Origin: a virus
Length of the DNA stretch: 64,000 nucleotides
IMG/VR virus record: IMGVR_UViG_3300032249_000373
Coordinates: 24,261-88,260 of that record
Direction: 5' to 3' (one strand)
Both the position numbers and the translations under genes were made by a program. The notes below the pieces were generated by a model. It worked only from the letters and a program-made list of their open reading frames with translations, searched no databases and had not been told where the DNA came from. Below are positions 9,728-18,800 of the stretch, one piece after another. How positions within the stretch are numbered: position 1 is the stretch's first letter; each line of letters begins with the position of its first letter.

Positions 9728-10894
9728 ATGTCAGAACAAGATAAAGATATAGCCAAGAACTATCCAGGTTCAGGTGGCTCAGGAGCAGAACTTAACTCCC
9801 AGGGTTCACTCGTATCAGGTGGTGTTGGTGGTGCTACAGGTCTAGACTCAGCAGCAGCGTCTGTTGGATCACAACTTGGTAACACAGCAACAGCAAACTT
9901 CGGTGTAACAACTGGAGCAAATGCTGTAAACCCAACTGGAGTTGCAGGAGGTATTCTTGCACCAGAACAGGCTCGTCGCTTCATCGACTACGTGTGGGAT
10001 GCAACAGTACTCGCCAAGGATGGTCGTAGAGTTACGATGCGTGCTAATACAATGGAAATCGAAAAGGTTAACGTTGGAGAGCGTGTTATTCGTGCAGCAG
10101 CGCAGGGTAGTCCAAACTACACAAACGCTGGTGCAACATTTACAAAGGTAGAACTTACTACAAAGAAGATTCGTCTTGATTGGGAAGTTTCTACAGAATC
10201 ACTAGAAGACAATATTGAAGGTGGAGCACTTGAAGATCATCTAGTTCGCTTGATGACAAATGCATTCGCAAACGATATTGAAGACCTTGCTATCAATGGT
10301 GATGGCGCAACAGGTGACTTCTTGTCAATTATGCAAGGTTTCGTAAAGCAAACTACAGATTCTGTATATTCAGGAGGACAGTATGTAAACGACGCTCATG
10401 AGTCAGTCGTTACTGTCGCTAATGATGCTTGGACACCAACAGTAATGCAGAACATCATTCTAGCAATGCCACGTAAGTATCGTGCAGTTAAGTCGAACCT
10501 AAAGTTCTACGCTGGTACAGATGCTTTCCAGGGTATCGTTTCAAATAACGGTACACTAGGCGATGCAATCGCAGAAGCATTTGCTGGTCGCCCAGCAGGT
10601 ACACCTGCAAACCGTCAAGATTACCTTGATGGAAACGCACAGACAATTGGTAATGCACGTACAACTCGTGTATTAGGAATTGATGTAATGGAAGTTCCTT
10701 ACTACCCAGATGGTTTCGTCGACTTGACATTCCCATCAAACCGTGTATGGGGATTCCAGCGTGATATTACTGTAAACCGTGAATACAAGCCAAAGAAGGA
10801 TACAATTGAATACACAGTATTCGTCCGCTTTGGTATTCAATGGGAAGAACTAGATGCAGTTGCTTATGCAGATGCAAACTCTACTTCTGAGTAA
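9728..10894 (+). CDS. Major capsid protein (HK97 fold)
   Basis: GGILAPEQARRFID, LTTKKIRLDWEVSTESLEDNIEG, FANDIEDLAINGD; AGGAGGT SD; highly biased codon usage; follows protease. Confidence 0.92.
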   Translation: MSEQDKDIAKNYPGSGGSGAELNSQGSLVSGGVGGATGLDSAAASVGSQLGNTATANFGVTTGANAVNPTGVAGGILAPEQARRFIDYVWDATVLAKDGRRVTMRANTMEIEKVNVGERVIRAAAQGSPNYTNAGATFTKVELTTKKIRLDWEVSTESLEDNIEGGALEDHLVRLMTNAFANDIEDLAINGDGATGDFLSIMQGFVKQTTDSVYSGGQYVNDAHESVVTVANDAWTPTVMQNIILAMPRKYRAVKSNLKFYAGTDAFQGIVSNNGTLGDAIAEAFAGRPAGTPANRQDYLDGNAQTIGNARTTRVLGIDVMEVPYYPDGFVDLTFPSNRVWGFQRDITVNREYKPKKDTIEYTVFVRFGIQWEELDAVAYADANSTSE

Positions 10895-10914
10895 TAATCA
10901 TAAATAATTGAATT

Positions 10915-10947
10915 AGGAGGGCGGTGTAACAACTGCCCTCCTTCTTC
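10915..10947 (+). terminator. Rho-independent terminator after capsid gene
   Basis: AGGAGGGCGGT-GTAACA-ACTGCCCTCCT-TCTTC. Confidence 0.75.
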
Positions 10948-10981
10948 ACATTCTGGTATAATAACATAGGAGGATACAATT

Positions 10982-11314
10982 ATGACAATTGAAGAATTAG
11001 TTACAAAAACAGTTTTTGAGTTAAAGTCCTATGCCAAAAAGAATAATATCAATCTAGATGGGGCAACAACAAAAATGCAGATATTGGAAACAATAGGCAG
11101 TTTTATTCCAGACCCTAACAAAGAAGTTGTTACACCAAGCAAAACAAACGAAAAGATTGCAATACATTCAACTAAAAGTATACATTGGGTAAAAGTTGGC
11201 CAACTAACCCCAGGTTATAATATTGTAACCAAAGAAGCATCAGAAAAATGGCTAACACGTAAGCAGGTCCGCATTGCGACACCTGAAGAATTAGCGAGTT
11301 ATTACGGTAAATAA
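10982..11314 (+). CDS. Small protein with N-terminal Rho-N/HeH-like helix-extension-helix domain
   Basis: KTVFELKSYAKKNNINLDGATTKMQILETI matches the Rho_N/HeH pattern. Own promoter TGGTATAAT (10954-10962) and AGGAGG SD. Confidence 0.55.
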   Translation: MTIEELVTKTVFELKSYAKKNNINLDGATTKMQILETIGSFIPDPNKEVVTPSKTNEKIAIHSTKSIHWVKVGQLTPGYNIVTKEASEKWLTRKQVRIATPEELASYYGK

Positions 11315-12291
11315 TGGAAATATTACGTAAGCCACCATACCCATTGTCTGTATCTTATACAGTACCAGAACCATCTACAGAATACATTCTTGTAATTGAG
11401 GACCTACTAGAACAAGTAGAGTCAGAGATCATCCTTCAGTCAAATCAAAAATCCGTAATAACATATGAACTAACTGGAGAATATACACAGTACGACAAGT
11501 CATACCCAGTCACAGTTTACGAAAGCATTACAGTTTCTGGAGTTCAAGATGTTCGTGGAGATATTGTAGTAGAAGATAATCTAGATATAACAAGACCATA
11601 TGTGGATCCAGCAACTTTAGGAACAACTCCTACGGAAATAACAGAATATACAGAACATGAAAAACTTGCAAGAGCGATAATTGACTCAGTTACTGGTGGA
11701 TTTTATTATAAGAGATCTTACCTAGAGATTGTTGGACAGGGAACTGATTATGTACCTCTTTGGGACAAGACGCATAAAATTTTAACGGTACACGAAAATG
11801 CAGAATTAGTATACGACTCATCTGAAAATCCAAAGGCAATTGGAGTATATAACTATTTAATAACCAAAGATAAGAGTGCTATAACAAAAGACCCTCTTGA
11901 ATTGACCGATGGATTAAATCGTGCAGAAAGAAAACCAGCAAGAATTCCTTTAGCATACTCCGACTCAATCTCTATGTTTGATACAGAAGACAGTGGAAAT
12001 GTACAGACAGTAAGTGCTGGTGTTGGGTTTGCAGAGGGAACCGACTACATATTCTTACTAGAGGTTGGACATAAAGTTGTTCCATATGATATTCAAGATG
12101 CAGCAAAAATGCTTATTAATGACATTAAGTGCGGAAAATTAGATTATTATAAGAGATATGTAAAAGCCTACAGCACTGAGCAGTTTAAAATTGAGTATGA
12201 TAAAAGACTGCTTGATGGAACTGGCAACATATTAGTAGATAAAATTTTAGACAAATATAAGAATAATATTTCCAAGCCCTGGGTGTTGTAA
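11314..12291 (+). CDS. Head-tail adaptor/connector
   Basis: Position after capsid; C-terminal VPYDIQDAAKMLI...TGNILVDKILDKY resembles adaptor proteins. Confidence 0.6.
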   Translation: MEILRKPPYPLSVSYTVPEPSTEYILVIEDLLEQVESEIILQSNQKSVITYELTGEYTQYDKSYPVTVYESITVSGVQDVRGDIVVEDNLDITRPYVDPATLGTTPTEITEYTEHEKLARAIIDSVTGGFYYKRSYLEIVGQGTDYVPLWDKTHKILTVHENAELVYDSSENPKAIGVYNYLITKDKSAITKDPLELTDGLNRAERKPARIPLAYSDSISMFDTEDSGNVQTVSAGVGFAEGTDYIFLLEVGHKVVPYDIQDAAKMLINDIKCGKLDYYKRYVKAYSTEQFKIEYDKRLLDGTGNILVDKILDKYKNNISKPWVL

Positions 12292-12737
12292 TGGATCTAT
12301 GTGAAGAGACAGACTTCATGTATCCAATGAAGGCAGATGTTTACTATCCACTAGTTGAGCAGGGAACTTATGGAAATGTTAAAAAAACTTGGGTTTTTAA
12401 TAAGACAGTGGTTTGTAATTTTTCAAAAGATGGCACGGTAGATGAAGAAGTAAAGCCAAATGTAAACATAATATTAAAGAAAGTCTTAGTGGGAAGAACA
12501 AAGAAAGATATTCGTTTTTCTGAAGAGAATATACCAGATGCAATAACAAACGTTATTGTTACAAATATTAGAACAAAAAACGATGTTCCTCTATATGTAG
12601 AGACTTCTGGAACAAGGGCTGGAAAGTCAACAATATATGAGATTGAATCTCAATCACCAATCATAGGTCCATTTGGAGATCCAGACTACTATGCCTTAGT
12701 AATCCGCCGTTCAGAGAATCAGGCATCAGATATCTAA
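12291..12737 (+). CDS. Putative head closure (stopper) protein
   Basis: Synteny; 148 aa beta-rich; translationally coupled to neighbours. Confidence 0.5.
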   Translation: MDLCEETDFMYPMKADVYYPLVEQGTYGNVKKTWVFNKTVVCNFSKDGTVDEEVKPNVNIILKKVLVGRTKKDIRFSEENIPDAITNVIVTNIRTKNDVPLYVETSGTRAGKSTIYEIESQSPIIGPFGDPDYYALVIRRSENQASDI

Positions 12738-13414
12738 TGAAACTAGCAATCAATAGCAGACAGTTTAGAAAAGATATGGACAATATAGTTGAATACTCTT
12801 TTGGATACCTAGATGGAGTTCAAATTGGAAAAGTTGAGTTCTTTCATAATCTTGGCTTAAACATTTCAGAAATGCTACAAAAATATATTGACTCAAATGC
12901 AAGGGTAAATCCACAAGCACTAAACCATATATATGAATGGTATCAAGTGGGAAGTCCAAACGCAAGACTATACGATATAAAATATACAGTAAGCAATCTA
13001 GGACTATCATTTGTAACAAACTTTAAACAATCATCATCATTGAAAGATGGATCAAACGTACCTTTCTATGAGAAGGCAAGAATAATGGAAGAGGGAATAC
13101 CAGTAACGATTACACCAAGAAATTCTGATGTGCTTGTATTTGAAGAAGGCGGAGAAACAGTATTTACTAAAAATAGTGTAAATGTAGATAATCCTGGCGG
13201 AGACGCAACAACAGGAGCATTTGAAAAAGTAATTGATTCCTTCTTTACAAAGTACTTTACACAAGCATTTTTAAGATCAAGTGGTATATCACAATATTTA
13301 GAAAACCCTATATTATATAAAAAGAACCTTACATCAGGAAAGAAATCTGGAAGATCAAAAGGAAGAGATGTAGGATATAGATGGATAGCAAATGCGGGGT
13401 TACTAGATGGCTAA
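12737..13414 (+). CDS. Putative neck/tail completion protein
   Basis: Synteny between stopper and terminator; basic C-terminus. Confidence 0.45.
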   Translation: MKLAINSRQFRKDMDNIVEYSFGYLDGVQIGKVEFFHNLGLNISEMLQKYIDSNARVNPQALNHIYEWYQVGSPNARLYDIKYTVSNLGLSFVTNFKQSSSLKDGSNVPFYEKARIMEEGIPVTITPRNSDVLVFEEGGETVFTKNSVNVDNPGGDATTGAFEKVIDSFFTKYFTQAFLRSSGISQYLENPILYKKNLTSGKKSGRSKGRDVGYRWIANAGLLDG

Positions 13415-14015
13415 TACAGATTTATTAAATACTCCATTATTATGGATAAACAAGTATCTACAATCAAAACTAAGTGAGAGCCTAGGATATGTAACCCCGT
13501 TTTTTCCACCTTCACCATTTAATCTTGACGACCTTACAGAAAAATGGATGATACTAAATAATGTCAACACCCCAGTAAGCAATGGAGTTGCCTGTACCTG
13601 GGATAGACTTGTTAAAATGAACAAGGGAAAGTTCCCACATATTAAGTCTGAACAAATATTGTATTATTTTTATGGTCTTGGAGAAGACTCAATCCCCACT
13701 ATGATCCAGACACAGGAAGCCGTCTTGAGACTTCTTGACCGTGGAGACGAGTCTGCAGAAGAATTAAATGCCTGGTGTGCCAACCGAAAGGTGCAATTAG
13801 ACGATGGAACTACTGTAGATAATATGTTCCTATTTCATAATTTTAAGGTATACCAACTAGAAGAAACCAGAGATATTATTGACTTTGGAACAGCCCGTAC
13901 TTATGGTGGAAACAAGATTATTATTGACTTTGAGTACCACCAAAAGACAGCACTAACAAACCATGACTGGGTACCAGAGGCAAAACTCTCTGATGCAAAT
14001 AAAATAATCATATAA
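13407..14015 (+). CDS. Putative tail terminator protein
   Basis: Synteny immediately before major tail gene. Confidence 0.45.
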   Translation: MANTDLLNTPLLWINKYLQSKLSESLGYVTPFFPPSPFNLDDLTEKWMILNNVNTPVSNGVACTWDRLVKMNKGKFPHIKSEQILYYFYGLGEDSIPTMIQTQEAVLRLLDRGDESAEELNAWCANRKVQLDDGTTVDNMFLFHNFKVYQLEETRDIIDFGTARTYGGNKIIIDFEYHQKTALTNHDWVPEAKLSDANKIII

Positions 14016-14093
14016 AACAATGTTATAATTATGGCTGAGGAAACAAAAAACGCCAAAACAACTTAATATCTATTTTAAGGAAGAGGTGAATAA

Positions 14094-14732
14094 ATGGCAT
14101 ATAGTCGTGGAACATCGACCAACATTATCGTTGGTGCAGCAGCGCTTTTCGTTGCAGATACAACCCTAACGCCAGGTACAATGGCCGCTTTTGTAAACGG
14201 TGAATCATACAAAGAAACTTTGGCTGATAACGCTGCTTACGACAACGTAGGTTATACCATGAACGGTCTTGAAATGCAGTTCCAACCAGACTTCGGTGAA
14301 GTCCAGGTAGACCAGATTCTTGACGTTGCTAAACTTTATAAGCAGGGTATGCAGGTTAATCTTGCAACTGCTTTTGCTGAGGCTACTCTAGAGAACTTGC
14401 TTCTCGCATTGGCAGCCAACTCAGATGATCTATCTGGAAACAAGTTGACATCAACAGGAAGAACATTAAATCTTTCTGCAGGTGACATCGGTGAGTGTCC
14501 AGTAGAGCGTGCTATCTGTGCTGTTGGACCAGGAACAGGTGATTGTGCAGACTCTCCATACATTGAGCGTGTCTACACAGCATACCGTGCTTTGTCTATT
14601 GAAAATGTAACAGTATCAGCAAAGCGTGATGAGGCTTCAATGTTTGAAGTTTCATTCCGTCTACTACCAGAGGACGCTTCTGGATCATACGGTAAGATCG
14701 TTGACCGTACTTGGGCATCAAACTCAATTTAA
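14094..14732 (+). CDS. Major tail (tube) protein
   Basis: NIIVGAAALF, VGYTMNGLEMQFQPDFGEVQVDQ, FEVSFRLLP; GAGGTG SD; highly biased codons; followed by terminator. Confidence 0.85.
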   Translation: MAYSRGTSTNIIVGAAALFVADTTLTPGTMAAFVNGESYKETLADNAAYDNVGYTMNGLEMQFQPDFGEVQVDQILDVAKLYKQGMQVNLATAFAEATLENLLLALAANSDDLSGNKLTSTGRTLNLSAGDIGECPVERAICAVGPGTGDCADSPYIERVYTAYRALSIENVTVSAKRDEASMFEVSFRLLPEDASGSYGKIVDRTWASNSI

Positions 14733-14748
14733 TATAAACTGACAACTG

Positions 14749-14783
14749 GCCCACTCCCTTAACTGGGGGTGGGCTTTTTGTTT
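14749..14783 (+). terminator. Rho-independent terminator after major tail gene
   Basis: GCCCACTCCC-TTAACT-GGGGGTGGGC-TTTTTGTTT. Confidence 0.85.
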
Positions 14784-14800
14784 GTGGTAAAATTGATAAG

Positions 14801-15502
14801 ATGGCAACAAGAATATATAAATCCGACATTATTACATTAATGGATGGTGAACAGATAGAAATTTATCCTCTCAAGATTAAGTATCTTAGAGAGTTTATGG
14901 AAGCATTTCATTTAATAAAAGAATCAAAAAATGATCTTGAATCAATATCCTATTTGTCAGAATGTGCAAGAATCGCTATGCAACAGTATAAACCAGAAAT
15001 TGCAAAGACAATTGAAGAACTAGAAGATCATGTAGACTTACCAACAATATATAAAATAATTAATATCGGTGGCGGTATTAGCGTTAATGGAGAAGTAGAT
15101 GAACCAGTAAAGGAACAAGCCTTAAAAGAAGATACTATGGGTAGTGGCTGGGATGAGTTAGATTTAGCAAAACTAGAGTCTGAGATATTTTTGCTTGGTA
15201 TCTGGAAAGACTATCAAGAACTAGAGGCAAACCTTTCAATGCCTGAACTAGTTGCAACAATTGGATCTATTAGAGATTTAGACTATCAAGAAAAGAAATT
15301 TCTTGCAGCAATTCAAGGTGTAGATTTAGACGGGGAAACAAATAAAGATAAAGGTCAAAAAGAATGGGAAGACATGAAGGCTAGAGTATTTAGCAAGGGT
15401 CAAACCAGTGATAGCAACGATGTCCTGTCTTTACAGGGTGCAAATGCACAAAAAGCAGGGTTTGGTATAGGGATGGGTCTTGACTACGAAAACCTAATGT
15501 AA
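14801..15502 (+). CDS. Tail assembly chaperone, GT-like (G domain fused in frame to a T-like domain)
   Basis: Between tail tube and TMP; N-terminal ~95 aa is paralogous to the 15548..15877 protein. Promoter TGGTAAAAT 14785-14793 lies 7 nt upstream, so probably leaderless. Confidence 0.6.
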   Translation: MATRIYKSDIITLMDGEQIEIYPLKIKYLREFMEAFHLIKESKNDLESISYLSECARIAMQQYKPEIAKTIEELEDHVDLPTIYKIINIGGGISVNGEVDEPVKEQALKEDTMGSGWDELDLAKLESEIFLLGIWKDYQELEANLSMPELVATIGSIRDLDYQEKKFLAAIQGVDLDGETNKDKGQKEWEDMKARVFSKGQTSDSNDVLSLQGANAQKAGFGIGMGLDYENLM

Positions 15503-15547
15503 TAGGCTGTTTATGCTATAATTGAGGTAACTTACTGAGAGGAAGTT

Positions 15548-15877
15548 ATGACTACAACAGTTCACGAAGAAAAAATAATTACCCTGATTGATGGAACAAA
15601 GATCAAGGTAAGACCTCTCAAGATCTCACTTTTACGTAAATTTATGAAGAAGTTTGAGGGCTTGGGGGCAGTCCAAAATGATAACGATAAGTCTATGACA
15701 CTTTTAATTGAGTGTGTAGCAATCGCTATGGAGCAGTATAAGCCAGAGTTGGGGGAAAGCATTGAAAAACTTGAAGATGTAATTGATCTTCCTACAGTTT
15801 ATTCAATCATTGAGGCAGCATCTGGAATTAATCTTTCAGATACCGCTTTACTTGCTTTAGCACAAGAAGAACTATAA
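15548..15877 (+). CDS. Tail assembly chaperone, G-like
   Basis: Directly before TMP; IITLIDG...PLKI..LR.FM...IAMEQYKPE...DLPTVY.II shared with upstream ORF. Own promoter TGCTATAAT (15514-15522) and GAGAGGA SD. Confidence 0.65.
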   Translation: MTTTVHEEKIITLIDGTKIKVRPLKISLLRKFMKKFEGLGAVQNDNDKSMTLLIECVAIAMEQYKPELGESIEKLEDVIDLPTVYSIIEAASGINLSDTALLALAQEEL

Positions 15878-15897
15878 CGGTTTAAGGCTAACGGTTA

Positions 15898-18800
15898 ATG
15901 GCTGGAGATACAAATAGCAATATTTTTATAAATATTGATACTTCACAAGCAATGGCGCAACTGCGTTTACTTGAGAAGGAACTAACAGCCCTTAACCGTT
16001 CCTTAATCGTTGGAACAAAGGCTGCAGCAGCAGCCCAAGCAAAATACGCACAATCACTTCTACACAACGTAAATGCCACTGGTCAGTGGACAGCATCAAT
16101 GACAAGAATGAGCACTGCCTCTGAGCAGTTTGCTACAAACCTAGATAGACAAAGACTATCACTTAAAGAATATTTTAGATATGGTGCAGCATCTACCAAG
16201 ACATTTGGAAAGATGTTTGGTCGTGAGTTTGACACTATTGAAAAACTTGTAGATAAGCGTGTAAAGACTCTACAGCAACAGTATGTTCAATTAGGACGTG
16301 ATGCCCAGGGTGCAATGAACTCTATGAAGTTCACTCCAAAGTCATTGAACATGCAAAACTTAACTACACAGTTAATGATGGCAACGCAGCGTCAGCAAAT
16401 AATGAATAAACTTATTGATGATGGATCTACAAAACTTTTAAACTTTGGTAAAAATACACAGTGGGCAGGTCGCCAACTTATGGTTGGTTTTACAATTCCA
16501 CTTATGCTTTTTGGTGCTCAGGCAATAAAGGTATTTAAAGAAATTGAAACACAAACTATTAGATTTAAAAAGGTTTACGGAGATATTTTTACAGATCAAG
16601 GAGCAACGGACGCTGCCTTAAAAAATATTCGTGCACTGGGAGATGAATATACAAAATATGGACTTAAGGTTTCTGACACAATTAAGATGGCTGCAGATGC
16701 AGCAGCAGCAGGTTTTTCTGGCAAGGGATTAGAGCAACTTGTAGAACAAACAAATAAACTTGCAGTACTTGGTGGAGTTACACAAGAAAAAGCATTAGAG
16801 ACAACCATTGCACTTAAGAATGCTTTTCAGATTGACACTTCAGCAATGGCTGGAACAATTGACTTCCTTAACGCAGTAGAAAACCAAACAGTTGTAGCCC
16901 TTGAAGATTTAACAGAAGCAATTCCAAAGGTTGCACCAGTTATTCAGCAACTCGGTGGTGATGTAAAAGATTTAGCATACTTCATGGCTGCAATGCAAGA
17001 AGGTGGAATTTCTGCAGCACAAGGTGCTAACGCACTCAAGTCAGGACTTGCATCTTTAATTAACCCAAGTAATGCTGCATCTAAAGCAGCAGCAGCCGTT
17101 GGAATCAATATTAAGGGAATTGTTGAAGCCAACCAGGGAAATCTAAGAAACACGGTGACTGGATTTGCACAGGCACTACAACCACTAACTGACCTTGAGC
17201 GTTCAAGAGTTATTGAAAAGGTTTTTGGTAAGTATCAGTTTGCTAGAATTTCTGCACTTTTAAATAACTTAGGAAGAGAAGGAACTCAGGCTGCTCGTGT
17301 TCTTCAACTTACTAATGCATCAGTAGAAGAACTTGCAATCTTGAGCCAACGAGAATTAAAGACTCAAGCAGATTCACCAATGAACAAGTTGGCAGCATCT
17401 ATAGAAAAACTTAAGGTTTCTATTGCTCCAATTGGAGAGTTGTTTGCTAAAGTGTTTACTCCAGTAATTGAATTTATTGGAAGAATGGCTGACAAGTTTA
17501 ATAATCTTCCAGAAGGAATAAAGAAGGCTATTGGAATTATAACTGTTGTAGTTGGTGGATTAGGACCTATATTCTTAATGACATTTGGTTTGCTTGCAAA
17601 TGCCGTGGCAAACTCGGTTAAGGGCATTCAGGTTCTTCGTAAAGGCTATCAGCAACTTGCAGCGGGATCAACTGATGCAGCATTAAAGACACAATATTTA
17701 TCACAAGAAGAATTAGAAAATATTTCTATAAGTAATGCTCTTTATTCTAAGCACCAACAACTCTCTTCAGCATATGCACTAGAAGCATCAGCGTTAGCAT
17801 CACTAACAAGTGTTTACTCTAAGGCTAACGCTTCTATGGGAGCCTTTGCAGCAAGTAATCCAGGAATGTTTATGCCAAGAGGAGGATTACTACTTCCAAA
17901 GAAATTTGCGGGAGGAACAACATCTGTTCCAGGACCAAAGGGAGCAGGAGATGTAATTCCAGCAATGCTATCACCTGGAGAATCCGTTATTCCAGTAAAG
18001 CAAACACAAAAGTATTCAGGGTTTATTAATCAGATTATTCAAGACAAGGTTCCAGGATTTTTTGCTGGAAGAGTTGGAGCCTTGCCATCATCTCCAAATA
18101 TTGTAAGAGGCTCATCTGCAAGAGGACCTATTGGACCTATGGCTCCAGTTATTCCAATTGGAGCAAGGCCAATTTCACCATCACTCCCTGGAATTAGGTA
18201 TTCTCAAGAAGGAGACAAGGTTCGTGTTTTTGCTGGTGATACATCTTTCCTAATTCCACTAAAAGATATTAGTACATTTAAAGTTAAACTTGAAGAAAAT
18301 GAAGCATGGATGAAGTCACCAATCCATGGAAGTGGAAATAAAAATGTAAGAAAAGATAATACAGAACAAGCACTAATTAAAGCAATTACAAGACCACTAA
18401 GTGGAGGTAAAAAGCCTTCACTACGTGAACAATCAGAAATTATTAAACCAGGAGATATATATACTCGTCTTCCAAAAGCAGGTGCACAAAGAAAGAGTAA
18501 TCAAAACCAAGATATTGCAGATAAGAGATTTAGGGCATTAGTTAAATCAAAAAATCCTCATCTTGCAAAACTACAAAATTATTTACAAAATGAAGAAAAG
18601 GTTTATCTTGAAAGAGTATTAGGTCCAGATGTTGTACAGTCTTTAAAGGGTTTTGATGCTAAGAAACTAACCCCAAGTCACATTAGAGAAGTGAGATCTC
18701 AGAATCGCACACCTGAAGATTGGGCACCAAGTAAAATTGCAAGAGACTGGGCATGGTTTAACTCTGCACTAAGAGGAACTAAATTTGGAAAAGTTAAGGG

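Noticed and set aside
8972-9984. Minus-strand ORFs opposite scaffold and capsid
   Set aside because: Low-complexity antisense shadows of strongly biased genes.
14801-15897. Programmed -1 frameshift for tail chaperones
   Set aside because: The long form is already fused in frame and the short form is a separate gene. No frameshift is needed and no convincing slippery site with an extended frame was identified.
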